Source: Flavobacteriaceae bacterium
GTDB lineage: Bacteria > Bacteroidota > Bacteroidia > Flavobacteriales > Flavobacteriaceae
NCBI GenBank assembly: GCA_049115635.1
Contig: JAGDZT010000002.1
Location: 366,568 to 430,567 of the forward strand
Direction: 5' to 3'
Length of the DNA: 64,000 nt
The stretch's first letter is position 1, and each line of letters opens with the position of its first letter. This document shows positions 28,229 through 38,348 of this stretch, in pieces. The position numbers and the translations under genes were made by a program. The notes below the pieces were generated by a model. That model made no database searches and was not told where the DNA came from. It saw only the letters and a list, made by a program, of their open reading frames with translations.

Positions 28229-29962
28229 ATGAACTATTATAAAACTGTATTGACCTTACTAATTTGTGTAACGATTATGAGCTGCAATCAGGAATATAAA
28301 AGTAGTTCATCAAGGCAACTAGCTAATTTGATTGATAGTTATGAAGATCATAAAGGATATGATAGAGAAGCATATCCTTTAGGTCTTTTTACAAGACAAT
28401 ATTATCAATCTGAAGCCGAATTTGCCCAATTAAAGTTAGACGAGCTTTCAAAAATTGATGTTAATGGTTTAAAAGAGACCGAAAAAATATCAGCAGAACT
28501 ATTAAAATTTATATTAGAAGATAAAATCAATTTTTATAAGTTCGAAAGGTTTCTAAACCCACTACTGTCCGATTCAGGATTTCATAGTAATCTCAATTAT
28601 CAAGTAAGACCTTTGTCTAATTATAATTCAGTTAAAAATTATCTAGACAAACTAAATGCTATCCCAGAATTTGTCAAGCAACATTTTGTGAATTTAAGAG
28701 AGGGGTTGTCAAAAGGTGTTTCTCAGCCTAGAGTAATTTTTAAAGGATATGAATCGACGTATAATGATCATATTGTTTCCAATTATCGAGATAGTTTTTT
28801 CTACTCACCATTTAAAGATTTACCCCAGAGTTTAACACAAGATGAAAAAGATTCAGTACTTAGAGTCGCTAAAGATGCGATAGAGAATAATGTGATTCCA
28901 CAATTTAAGAAAATTAAAATCTTTTTTGAAACAGAATATCTACCAAAAACAAGAACAACTTTAGGAGTTTCTGAAACACCTAAAGGAAAGGAATACTATC
29001 AAGACCGAATCAATTTTTATACAACTAGTACAAAATATACCGCTGAAGATATTCATCAGATCGGACTTAAAGAAGTGGCTCGGATTAAAGCCGAAATGGA
29101 AAAGATTATCAAAGAAGTTCACTTTAAAGGAAGTTTCGCCGATTTCTTAAAATTTTTGAGAACAGACGAGCAGTTTTACGCAAAAACACCTAAAGAACTT
29201 TTAATGATAGCTAGAGATATGGCAAAAAGAGCAGATGCACAATTGCCTAGGTTTTTCAATACTTTACCAAGAAAGCCATACGGAGTAGCACCAGTCCCAA
29301 ATGCCATTGCACCTAAATATACTGGAGGACGCTATGTAGGAACCTATAAAGAAAGTACAGAACCAGGTTATTATTGGGTAAATACTTACGATTTGCCTAG
29401 CAGAACCTTATATACCTTGCCATCATTAACAGTTCATGAGGCAGTTCCTGGTCATCACTTACAAGGCTCTCTAAATAATGAACTTGGAGATAGCATCCCT
29501 CGTTTTAGACACAATTTATATCTATCAGCTTATGGAGAAGGTTGGGGATTGTATTCAGAATTTTTAGCAGAAGAAATGGGAATGTACACAACACCATATG
29601 AACACTTTGGGAAATATACTTACGAAATGTGGCGTGCCTGTAGGTTAGTAGTAGATACAGGTATTCATGTGAAAGGTTGGTCTCGACAACAAGTAGTAGA
29701 TTTTATGAGCTCAAATACAGCCTTATCCATGCATGAAATTAATACTGAGACTGATCGATACATTTCTTGGCCAGGTCAAGCTTTGTCTTATAAAATTGGA
29801 GAACTAAAGATAAGAGAGCTTCGTAAAAAAGCGACTTCTAAACTAGGAAGTAAATTTGATATTCGTGAGTTTCATGAAGTTATTTTGGAGCAAGGAACGG
29901 TTACATTATCTATTCTAGAAACAAGGATTAATAACTACATAGATAAAAAACTAAATGAGTAG
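28229..29962 (+). CDS. DUF885 family lipoprotein
   Basis: Lipobox IMSC; HEAVPGHHLQ, EGWGLYSE, WRACRLVVDTGIH, E..RY..WPGQA..YKIG. Confidence 0.92.
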   Translation: MNYYKTVLTLLICVTIMSCNQEYKSSSSRQLANLIDSYEDHKGYDREAYPLGLFTRQYYQSEAEFAQLKLDELSKIDVNGLKETEKISAELLKFILEDKINFYKFERFLNPLLSDSGFHSNLNYQVRPLSNYNSVKNYLDKLNAIPEFVKQHFVNLREGLSKGVSQPRVIFKGYESTYNDHIVSNYRDSFFYSPFKDLPQSLTQDEKDSVLRVAKDAIENNVIPQFKKIKIFFETEYLPKTRTTLGVSETPKGKEYYQDRINFYTTSTKYTAEDIHQIGLKEVARIKAEMEKIIKEVHFKGSFADFLKFLRTDEQFYAKTPKELLMIARDMAKRADAQLPRFFNTLPRKPYGVAPVPNAIAPKYTGGRYVGTYKESTEPGYYWVNTYDLPSRTLYTLPSLTVHEAVPGHHLQGSLNNELGDSIPRFRHNLYLSAYGEGWGLYSEFLAEEMGMYTTPYEHFGKYTYEMWRACRLVVDTGIHVKGWSRQQVVDFMSSNTALSMHEINTETDRYISWPGQALSYKIGELKIRELRKKATSKLGSKFDIREFHEVILEQGTVTLSILETRINNYIDKKLNE

Positions 29963-30965
29963 AAGTGTTTTTGAATGTATAGATGGACATACTTGCGGAA
30001 ATCCTGTAAGAGTCATTAAAACTGGACATCCAAACTTGGTGGGCGAAACGATGAGTGAGAAGCGCCAGCATTTTATTAAAGAGTACGATTGGATTCGAAC
30101 AGGATTAATGTTTGAACCTAGAGGTCATGATATGATGAGCGGTTCTTTTTTGTATCCTCCTCTTAATCCAGCAAATGATTTTGCTATTCTTTTTATAGAA
30201 ACTTCAGGATGTTTGCCTATGTGTGGGCACGGTACCATTGGTACCATTACCATTGCTATTGAAGAAGGTTTAGTAACTCCAAAAATCCCTGGTAAAATTA
30301 GAATGGAAGCCCCAGCTGGATTGGTAGAAATTGATTATCAGCAGACAGGAAAAAAAGTAGATTGGGTAAAGCTAACCAATGTAAAAAGTTATATGGCAGC
30401 AGAAGGGTTAACAGTAGATTGCCCAGAATTGGGAGCGCTTACTTTTGATGTAGCTTATGGCGGAAATTATTATGCCATTTTAGATCCTCAACAGCACTTT
30501 TCTGGAGTTCAGGACTTTACAGCAAGTAAGATCATTCAATTTTCTCAGATAATAAGGGATCGTATCAACAAGAAATACCCAAATATGTTTATACATCCAG
30601 AAAATGAAACAATTAGAAATGTCACACATTTACTATGGACAGGAGATACATTAGAGGAAACATCCTCAGGCAGAAATGCTGTTTTTTATGGAGAAAAAGC
30701 TATTGATCGTTCACCTTGTGGAACAGGAACTTCAGCTAGATTAGCTCAGTTACACGCTAAAGGAAAGTTAAAAAAGGGAGAAGCATATATTCATGAAAGT
30801 TTTATAGGAAGCACTTTTGTGGGTTGTGTAGAGGAAGAGACTACTTTAGATGGAAGACCAGCGATTATTCCAAGTATAAAAGGATGGGCAAAAGTATATG
30901 GATATAATACCATTATTATAGATGATGGAGATGATCCGTATGCACATGGTTTTCAAGTAATTTAA
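29955..30965 (+). CDS. 4-hydroxyproline 2-epimerase (proline racemase family)
   Basis: HTCGNPVR, LMFEPRGH, MCGHG and DRSPCGTG (Cys/Cys catalytic pair). Confidence 0.93.
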   Translation: MSRSVFECIDGHTCGNPVRVIKTGHPNLVGETMSEKRQHFIKEYDWIRTGLMFEPRGHDMMSGSFLYPPLNPANDFAILFIETSGCLPMCGHGTIGTITIAIEEGLVTPKIPGKIRMEAPAGLVEIDYQQTGKKVDWVKLTNVKSYMAAEGLTVDCPELGALTFDVAYGGNYYAILDPQQHFSGVQDFTASKIIQFSQIIRDRINKKYPNMFIHPENETIRNVTHLLWTGDTLEETSSGRNAVFYGEKAIDRSPCGTGTSARLAQLHAKGKLKKGEAYIHESFIGSTFVGCVEEETTLDGRPAIIPSIKGWAKVYGYNTIIIDDGDDPYAHGFQVI

Positions 30966-30971
30966 AGAAAA

Positions 30972-32219
30972 ATGTCAAAACAAGTTGTTATTATTGGAGG
31001 CGGAATTATCGGGTTATGTACGGCCTATTATCTTCATAAAGAAGGACATAAAGTAACAGTTATTGATAAATCAGATTTTTCTAGTGGCGCTTCTTATGTA
31101 AATGCGGGTTATATTACACCAAGTCATATTATTTCTCTGGCAGCTCCGGGAATTATTACTAAAGGCCTAAAGTGGATGTTAAATCCTGCGAGTCCTTTTT
31201 ATGTAAAACCAAGAATGGATCCAGATTTCTTAAAATGGGGATTGGCATTTAAACGCTCTGCAACAAAAAAGAAAGTCGCTGCTTCGATTCCCGTAATAAA
31301 AGACATTAATATACTAAGTAGGGAACTCTACGAAGATATGAAAGCATCAGGAGATTTTAAATTTCATTACGAACGTAAAGGATTGCTAATGGCGTATAAA
31401 AATGAAAAAGTAGGAAAAGAGGAATGGGAGGTAGGACAAAAGGCTATTGACTTAGGATTGAATGTTGAACATTTGAATGCAAAGCAGGTTTTAGAATTAC
31501 AACCTAAAGCTAATTTGGATATAAAAGGAGCTGTATATTTTCATTCTGACGCACATATGACTCCAGAAAGTTTTATGAAAGAGATGCTAGCCTACTTAAA
31601 ATGTCAAGGCGTAAGAATCTTAGCCAACGAAGAAGTAGTTGATATCACAATTTCTAATACATCTATTTCTAAATTAATAACTAATAAAGGAGCCCTTTAT
31701 GCAGATGAAGTGGTTTTGGCGGCTGGAAGTTGGAGTCCTTTATTAAGCAAAAAATTAGGAATAAAAATGTTGTTACAAGCAGGGAAAGGGTATCGTATTA
31801 ACGTCGCTAGAGAAACTAATATTACTATACCCACTATCTTATGTGAAGCTAAAGTAGCTGTAACTCCAATGGATGGATTTACGCGCTTTGCAGGCACCAT
31901 GGAAATAGCTGGGATAAATCATAAAATTAATACAGTAAGAGTGCAAGCCATAGCAAAAGCTGGAGAGAATTATTTTAAAGGACTACAGATTACTCAGCAA
32001 GAAAAAATAGATGCTCAATGTGGCTTACGACCAGTTACCCCAGATGGGGTTCCTTATATTGGTAGGACTTCAAAATGGAAAAATTTAACAATTGCTACTG
32101 GTCATGCAATGATGGGCTGGAGTATGGGACCTGCTACTGGAAAATTGATTACCCAAATTATTGAAGACCAAAAAACGTCTTTAGACTTAGAACCTTTTAA
32201 TGTAGAAAGAAGGTTTTAA
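30972..32219 (+). CDS. FAD-dependent D-amino acid dehydrogenase, likely D-hydroxyproline dehydrogenase
   Basis: GGGIIG, ASYVNAG, GKGY, GLRPVTPDG, GHAMMG; operon context. Confidence 0.88.
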   Translation: MSKQVVIIGGGIIGLCTAYYLHKEGHKVTVIDKSDFSSGASYVNAGYITPSHIISLAAPGIITKGLKWMLNPASPFYVKPRMDPDFLKWGLAFKRSATKKKVAASIPVIKDINILSRELYEDMKASGDFKFHYERKGLLMAYKNEKVGKEEWEVGQKAIDLGLNVEHLNAKQVLELQPKANLDIKGAVYFHSDAHMTPESFMKEMLAYLKCQGVRILANEEVVDITISNTSISKLITNKGALYADEVVLAAGSWSPLLSKKLGIKMLLQAGKGYRINVARETNITIPTILCEAKVAVTPMDGFTRFAGTMEIAGINHKINTVRVQAIAKAGENYFKGLQITQQEKIDAQCGLRPVTPDGVPYIGRTSKWKNLTIATGHAMMGWSMGPATGKLITQIIEDQKTSLDLEPFNVERRF

Positions 32220-32258
32220 TAATGGTTATAGATGCTCACAAGTCAATTACAATTATCC

Positions 32259-33050
32259 TTAACGATTTCCTTGACTAGCATTAAACTTGTAGAGTACAAC
32301 TTCAATGTTTTCATCTCGCAACACCTTAAAATTTCTTTTAAATAGTATCATAGAACGCTTTAAAGTATATAAACTCTTTATTTTAGGAGGACTGTTAATG
32401 ATCCATGTAATAATTTTTGAATTTGGAAAATTCTCTTTTAGAAAAGTATAATCTTTAATGTGAGAAGAGATAAAATCTATACTACCAGAAGAAGTCAAAT
32501 CATTTATAAATTCAGATTGAATGATTAAATCTTCTTTGCTGAAACTGGATATATTAATTGGTAAATAATAAGATGTTTTGAAGCCCTTTTTTGAAAATAG
32601 ATCTAATAAAACAGGTTCAGTAGATTCAACAATAATGTTTGTAGGATTAATACTTAATGTTTTCACAAGGGTATCTAATTTGTTTGCAGCTTGCTGATGA
32701 TTACTTGTATTTAAATTCTTAAAATCGAGCCAAATACCAAAGTCTTGATATTCTTTTTTTGAGCTTAAAAAGTCAAATAACGTTAAGTTAATAGATTCCG
32801 CAGGAGGATGATTAACATCAAAGTTATTCTCTAAGGTATTATACACTATGTCAAGCTCTACTCCAGAAAAAACTGTACGAGCCTCTTCATATTTTTCTAT
32901 ACTATTAACCCTATGTGCCCATATTTTAGATGAAAACCAAAATTTAAAAATTTGATTTTGAAAAGCTAGAGTCAAATAGAATAGTAGTAAAAAAAAGACT
33001 ACTACAAATAGTTTGATCTTATTTTTTTTTATGATTGAAAAAAACGTCAT
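32259..33050 (-). CDS. Membrane-anchored GDPD/PLC-like phosphodiesterase-fold protein
   Basis: WAHRVN, GVELD, DVNH resemble the GDPD HR/ExD/H pattern; N-terminal TM. Confidence 0.55.
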   Translation of the reverse strand: MTFFSIIKKNKIKLFVVVFFLLLFYLTLAFQNQIFKFWFSSKIWAHRVNSIEKYEEARTVFSGVELDIVYNTLENNFDVNHPPAESINLTLFDFLSSKKEYQDFGIWLDFKNLNTSNHQQAANKLDTLVKTLSINPTNIIVESTEPVLLDLFSKKGFKTSYYLPINISSFSKEDLIIQSEFINDLTSSGSIDFISSHIKDYTFLKENFPNSKIITWIINSPPKIKSLYTLKRSMILFKRNFKVLRDENIEVVLYKFNASQGNR

Positions 33051-34602
33051 AGTCTATATGATTTAAAATAAATCTATTTTTTGGGATGAAATTTTTATTG
33101 ACAACACTTTTAGTAGCATCAAATTCTTTAAAAGTAATGCTAGAAAGATCGCTTAAGGTATATAATAGGTTTTCGGTTGAATATTTACGATTTGTATCAA
33201 AAATAAATTTATGATTATCAAGTTTGAATTTTTCAGAAGACCAAAGGATAAATGGGATATCATACATTGGTTTAGACCCTTTGGTTTCTGTATGGCAAGC
33301 CATGTTCATTGTCTCATAAACATCTTCACCATGATCAGAAAAATAAAGAGCATAAGATTTCGAACGAGTTAGTTTTACTTCTTCAATAATTTTAGAAACT
33401 ATAAAATCATTATATAGTATAGCATTATCATAAGTATTAATTGTTTCGTAAGCTTTTTCATGCATAAACTTGGTTGTAGGGTTTTTATCAAATTTTTGAA
33501 AAGAAACAGGATACCTTTTGTTATAAGCACCGTGAGTTCCCATCAGATGAATAACTATAAACTTTTTACGTGCTTTTTGTTTTAATATATTTTTTAAAGG
33601 ACTTAAGATTTTTTCATCTAAAGATATATCTGAAGTGTTAACGAAAATTTGCTCATCACAATTGTTTGATATAATGGTTGTTAAAGTTTCAACAATACCT
33701 AATGGTTTTTGATTAGATAACCAATATGTTTTAAAACCAGCTTTATTGAATAATTGAATTAGTGTTCCATCATATTTTTTATTTGGACTCTCATGAGAAG
33801 CTAATGTCAACACTTTTTCTAAGGAAGGAATTGTATGTGTATGTGGTGAAATAATATCATTGTATATGGTTAATTCTTCTTTAAGACTATCTAGCTTGGG
33901 ATTGTTTTTTCTGTCATAACCATATAGTTGCATATGAGTTCGCGTGGTCGATTCCCCTATAATCAAAACATAAACCTCCTCATCTGTACCATCAGTATGC
34001 TTTACTTCAGAAAAATTTCCACCAAATTTATCACAAGTAATTTCATTAAATTTTTCCTTATCATATTGATATTTCTTAACTGCTCTATATATAGCATGTG
34101 GAAACGTACTCTCTCGTATTTTATAATTTGATAGTAAAATCAAAACGACTAATACATACAAAAACGTATACCTTAAGCTTTTTCTACTTTTTACATTTTT
34201 TATCATTAAAAAAATACTTGTAGAAGCAACTATCACTAATAAGGTTAAAATTAATGTGACGTTAAAGTCAAAATACATTGACAAAAACTCAAATGTCTCG
34301 CTAGAGTTTGAGTCAAAAATTATAAATATGGTAGATGACTTTATATGATCATTAAATAGATAAAAATGTGTTATTTGAATAAACATTATAATGTTAAATA
34401 AAATAACACCAGTAATCTCTAAGAAGGAATTTATTTTTTTGTGTCTGAATAGACTACAGCATAAAATAATTGTAAAAGACAAAAGGATGTCACCAAAAAG
34501 TATGAATACATCTAACGCACTCTTATAAATAATAATTGATAGTAGAATTGGAAACCAAAACCCTATTCGTACTAATGCTTTTAGAAAAATTTTATTTTTC
34601 AA
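33019..34602 (-). CDS. Phosphoethanolamine transferase (EptA/CptA family)
   Basis: About 5 N-terminal TMs; LIIGES, T..SL, HLMGTH, SDHGE; TTG start. Confidence 0.9.
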   Translation of the reverse strand: MKNKIFLKALVRIGFWFPILLSIIIYKSALDVFILFGDILLSFTIILCCSLFRHKKINSFLEITGVILFNIIMFIQITHFYLFNDHIKSSTIFIIFDSNSSETFEFLSMYFDFNVTLILTLLVIVASTSIFLMIKNVKSRKSLRYTFLYVLVVLILLSNYKIRESTFPHAIYRAVKKYQYDKEKFNEITCDKFGGNFSEVKHTDGTDEEVYVLIIGESTTRTHMQLYGYDRKNNPKLDSLKEELTIYNDIISPHTHTIPSLEKVLTLASHESPNKKYDGTLIQLFNKAGFKTYWLSNQKPLGIVETLTTIISNNCDEQIFVNTSDISLDEKILSPLKNILKQKARKKFIVIHLMGTHGAYNKRYPVSFQKFDKNPTTKFMHEKAYETINTYDNAILYNDFIVSKIIEEVKLTRSKSYALYFSDHGEDVYETMNMACHTETKGSKPMYDIPFILWSSEKFKLDNHKFIFDTNRKYSTENLLYTLSDLSSITFKEFDATKSVVNKNFIPKNRFILNHIDYDVFFNHKKK

Positions 34603-34803
34603 TGGTATTGGTTTAGGATATCATTTGTTAACTTTCTCGGTGTCAAAAAAGATTTTTACATATATATTTTGCCTTCAAATTACGGTTAAAATGTTTGAAT
34701 ATGGCTAGTTGTATGTTTGTATTAAGACATACGCAACTAAATTAATAAAAGAAAATGAACCAAAGTAGCGTTTCACTAGTAATTAATAATAGAATTATAG
34801 GCG

Positions 34804-35424
34804 TCAGTTTTTTCTTAAAACAATGAGCCTATCGGTTAGAATATCTATTTCAAGTTTGTTTTTATTCGCAATATATTCGATTGTTTCTTTTCTATATATA
34901 AAAACATGAGTAGGATCTTTTCGATAAAACCACGTATCGAAATCCATTTGGTCATTATATAATAATGTCATTATAAGTAAACTTCCATTTGTGTTTAATA
35001 TAGATGTTAGCCTATCAATTTCCATTTTTGGATGATAAAAATGTTCAAATACTTCACAACTAACAATATAGTCGTACATCGAATTCAACGTTTCTTTATT
35101 TGGAGCAAAAAACGGATCGTATTGAACAATACTATAGTCTTGTTTTATAAGCATACTTGAAATAACAGGACCAGTACCGCTTCCAAAATCTAACCCTGTA
35201 TGCTTTGGTGAAAATTTTTCTAGTACATAATTTGTAATAGGTTGTGTAAAATCTTGATATCGAATGTCATTTACATCATTATTATGAATCTCATACCGTG
35301 CTTTTTCTTCGTCGGGTTTTAAGTAATATTTTTCATCTTTTACAATTGCTTTACATACATCGCAATCATAATAATATGCGTCTTTTTTAGCTGTAAGAGT
35401 CGAATCGCAAAGTGTACAAATCAT
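34804..35424 (-). CDS. Class I SAM-dependent methyltransferase with N-terminal zinc ribbon
   Basis: CTLC..CDVC, LDFGSGTG, YDPFF, EVFEH, YRKDPTH. Confidence 0.9.
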   Translation of the reverse strand: MICTLCDSTLTAKKDAYYYDCDVCKAIVKDEKYYLKPDEEKARYEIHNNDVNDIRYQDFTQPITNYVLEKFSPKHTGLDFGSGTGPVISSMLIKQDYSIVQYDPFFAPNKETLNSMYDYIVSCEVFEHFYHPKMEIDRLTSILNTNGSLLIMTLLYNDQMDFDTWFYRKDPTHVFIYRKETIEYIANKNKLEIDILTDRLIVLRKN

Positions 35425-35508
35425 TTTGTTTTAATTACTTGTTATTAAAGGCAAACGCTTAAAATTAAAGATAAGCATTTGCCCATAGATACCATTACTT
35501 GAAATATA

Positions 35509-36336
35509 TTATTGTCTTTTATCTATTGATTCATCTACAATTGCATTAGCTGGTTTTATCATTCTTTTTTCATCAAATTTGTTGTTGATGCTATAATTAT
35601 AGATTGCATGATCTCCATAAAGCTTTTTTAAATCTAAACTTTTAGTAACCATCAACATTGGGAATTTTAACCCATTTATATCTCCTGTATAACTATTTAT
35701 TCTAAGCATTGGTCCAAAAACTTCTTGATTTTTTGGCACTCGTAATACATCTAATAAAGGTCCATAGCCAACAGTGTACTCATACCCATTTAGAATATAG
35801 GTTTGTGAATCTATATAAAGAATAAAAGTATCTTTTGCAGATTTTCCTAGTGTAGGAGATTCAGTAAAACTCATTTTTATTTTGTAGACTTCATTTTTAA
35901 AAGCGGGATGCTTTAATTTAGTAACATCGCCCAGTATTACTGTATTGTCTTGTGTTAACCAAGGTAAATTTACATAGTAATAATATACTGAGTGTTGGTG
36001 GTTTGGTGGATTCCCAGACCGCCAGTTGGTAGTCCATACTTTATTCCCATCATAAGTTATTTTTGAGCCAAATAAAGGCCAATCCTGATATGATCTTCTT
36101 TTTTGCATATCGATTGTTTGATTCGCTACCCAAAACCTTACAAAACCTAAAGATTCACTATGCATAGTATTTGTAAAGCTTAGTGTTTTAAGGCTCTTCC
36201 ATTTTTCATAACCTCCATGTGCTTTAATCATTTTTTGTATGACTTCTTTTGTTTCTTTCGATGCATACTTTTTTTGGCTAAAGCTATTTCCGATAGCTAA
36301 TAAACCAACCATTACTGTTAAAATTAGTGTTCTCAT
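35509..36336 (-). CDS. DUF6503-like secreted protein
   Basis: Signal peptide from ATG 36336; KMIKAHGG..W, YVNLPW, LYID. Confidence 0.7.
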   Translation of the reverse strand: MRTLILTVMVGLLAIGNSFSQKKYASKETKEVIQKMIKAHGGYEKWKSLKTLSFTNTMHSESLGFVRFWVANQTIDMQKRRSYQDWPLFGSKITYDGNKVWTTNWRSGNPPNHQHSVYYYYVNLPWLTQDNTVILGDVTKLKHPAFKNEVYKIKMSFTESPTLGKSAKDTFILYIDSQTYILNGYEYTVGYGPLLDVLRVPKNQEVFGPMLRINSYTGDINGLKFPMLMVTKSLDLKKLYGDHAIYNYSINNKFDEKRMIKPANAIVDESIDKRQ

Positions 36337-36360
36337 TTTTTTATTTTTATGATTTAAGGT

Positions 36361-36368
36361 CAAAATTA
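36361..36368 (-). promoter_or_regulatory. -7 box for the DUF6503-like gene
   Basis: TAATTTTG on the minus strand, 24 nt before ATG 36336; no TTTG at the -33 position. Confidence 0.55.
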
Positions 36369-36475
36369 TAGAGCAAAGAGGTTTATTAAAAGTCTTTTGT
36401 TGTGAGCAACATTTAAAGATGTTAATGACAATTTCAAATGAGGTTCACAAAACATTATTTCGCTACTTTTATCGT

Positions 36476-37558
36476 ATGAAGATTTTAAGACGACATAAAA
36501 CAGGTATTCCAAAAAAGTATATCTATTTATCAGCGCTTCTTTTTAGTATAGTAGTTATTATACAAATTCTCAGTACTGAACAAAATAGGAGTTCAGAAGT
36601 CTTATTGCGCCATATTGTTTTATTTGTTTCTGTTTATTTTATGTGGGCTTTACTTCTAGATTACATGACTGCTCTTATAAAGCCATTTAATAAAGAGAAG
36701 CCTGTTTTTTATCAAGTTACAGAACGATTGATTTCCTCCTTTATACTTGTCTTGTTTAATTTAGTAGTAACCAATATTATATATTATATTATTCTCATAA
36801 GTTTTTGGAACTTTACAATTACTGAGGCCTATTTAGATTTTCAACCTTACATCATTAAATCAATTATTATAAGGTTTTTGGATGTTATTATTATAGGTAT
36901 AATACTTAAGTTTATTGATGCCTATCAAATGTTACAAGAGCAAAAGTTAAAGATGGTAACCTTAGAGAATAAATTACATATTTCTCAGCTAGAAACCTTA
37001 AGAAATCAATTAGATCCCCACTTTTTATTTAATACACTTCATACTTTGAATACCTTGATAGGATATGATGATAAAAAAGCTAGATCAATGATCATTAAAG
37101 TTACAAATCTGTTACGTAAGATTTTGGATAAAAGAGAAAAGCAACTCATTACTTTTGATGAGGAATTGGAATACTTTACAAACTATTTAGAAATAGAAGA
37201 AGAACGTTTTCATGACAGGCTTGAGGTTGCTTTAGAAATCGCAATTGAGACTAGAGAAATTATGGTTCCCACTCTAATGTTACAGCCTTTAATTGAAAAT
37301 GCTTTTAAACATGGGATAGGACAAATAGAAGGGAAGGGAATCATTACCTTGACGGCTTTTATAAGAGAAGGTGTCTTTATTATAAGCTTATCTAATACAA
37401 TACCAGACAATGAATTATCTATTGTATACAATTCAACAAAAGTTGGTTTAGAAAACTTAGAAAGTAGATTACAACAAGTATATGGAGAAAAGTACCTTTT
37501 TTCTACAAAAAAAGAGAAAGACAGTTTTATTGCAACCATAAAAATTAATCATAAATAG
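36476..37558 (+). CDS. LytS-type sensor histidine kinase
   Basis: TM helices; NQLDPHFLFNTL, EIEEERF, LQPLIENAFKHG, VGLENL; ATG 36476 preferred over 36419. Confidence 0.92.
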   Translation: MKILRRHKTGIPKKYIYLSALLFSIVVIIQILSTEQNRSSEVLLRHIVLFVSVYFMWALLLDYMTALIKPFNKEKPVFYQVTERLISSFILVLFNLVVTNIIYYIILISFWNFTITEAYLDFQPYIIKSIIIRFLDVIIIGIILKFIDAYQMLQEQKLKMVTLENKLHISQLETLRNQLDPHFLFNTLHTLNTLIGYDDKKARSMIIKVTNLLRKILDKREKQLITFDEELEYFTNYLEIEEERFHDRLEVALEIAIETREIMVPTLMLQPLIENAFKHGIGQIEGKGIITLTAFIREGVFIISLSNTIPDNELSIVYNSTKVGLENLESRLQQVYGEKYLFSTKKEKDSFIATIKINHK

Positions 37559-37563
37559 TAATT

Positions 37564-38319
37564 ATGCGATTATCTGTTTTAGTAGTTGATGATGAACCAC
37601 ATGCAAGAAGGCACATAAAAGGTCTAATTTCTAAAGACAAAGATATAGAGGTAGTTCATGAATGTAAAAATGGGAAGGAGGTTCTAAATTTTTTAAAGCA
37701 TAAAGAGCCAAGTGTTATTTTTTTAGATATCAATATGCCAGGGATTAGCGGTATAGAAGTAGCAAGTAAATTAAAAGCATCAAAATCTCTCATTATATTC
37801 TCAACAGCATATGACCAATATGCACTTAAAGCTTTTGAGTTAGAGGCTTTTGATTATTTATTAAAGCCTTTTGAAGATGATCGATTTTTTGAGGTGTTAA
37901 ATAGAGTAAAAAACGAAGTTGAAAAGCAGCAGCAAGCAGAGTTTAGTCAAAAATTCACATCGTTATATCAAGAGTATAACAATACAGTAACACCTCATTT
38001 AACAGAGTTTGTGGTAAAAGAAAAAGGTTTTGAACACAAAATACATGTTGAAGATGTTTTGTACATAGAAGCCAGTACTATCTATGCTGTTTTACATTTA
38101 GAAAACAGAAAAATATTGTACAGAGTTGCTTTAAATTTATTAGAGCAACAGTTACCCAGTAACTTTATTAGAGTACATCGATCGTTTATTATCAATAAAA
38201 GCTTTGTAAAACAAAACAAGTATTTAAACAACAATACGTTTATGATAACCATTACTAATGATGATGTTATCATCTCCAGTAGAAAGTATAAAGACAGTAT
38301 TTCTAAAAGACTACATTAA
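37564..38319 (+). CDS. LytTR family response regulator
   Basis: VVDDE, FLDINMP, TAY, YLLKP; C-terminal FIRVHRSFIIN. Confidence 0.95.
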   Translation: MRLSVLVVDDEPHARRHIKGLISKDKDIEVVHECKNGKEVLNFLKHKEPSVIFLDINMPGISGIEVASKLKASKSLIIFSTAYDQYALKAFELEAFDYLLKPFEDDRFFEVLNRVKNEVEKQQQAEFSQKFTSLYQEYNNTVTPHLTEFVVKEKGFEHKIHVEDVLYIEASTIYAVLHLENRKILYRVALNLLEQQLPSNFIRVHRSFIINKSFVKQNKYLNNNTFMITITNDDVIISSRKYKDSISKRLH

Positions 38320-38348
38320 ACTTCTGGTCTTTTTCTATATTTCTGAGT

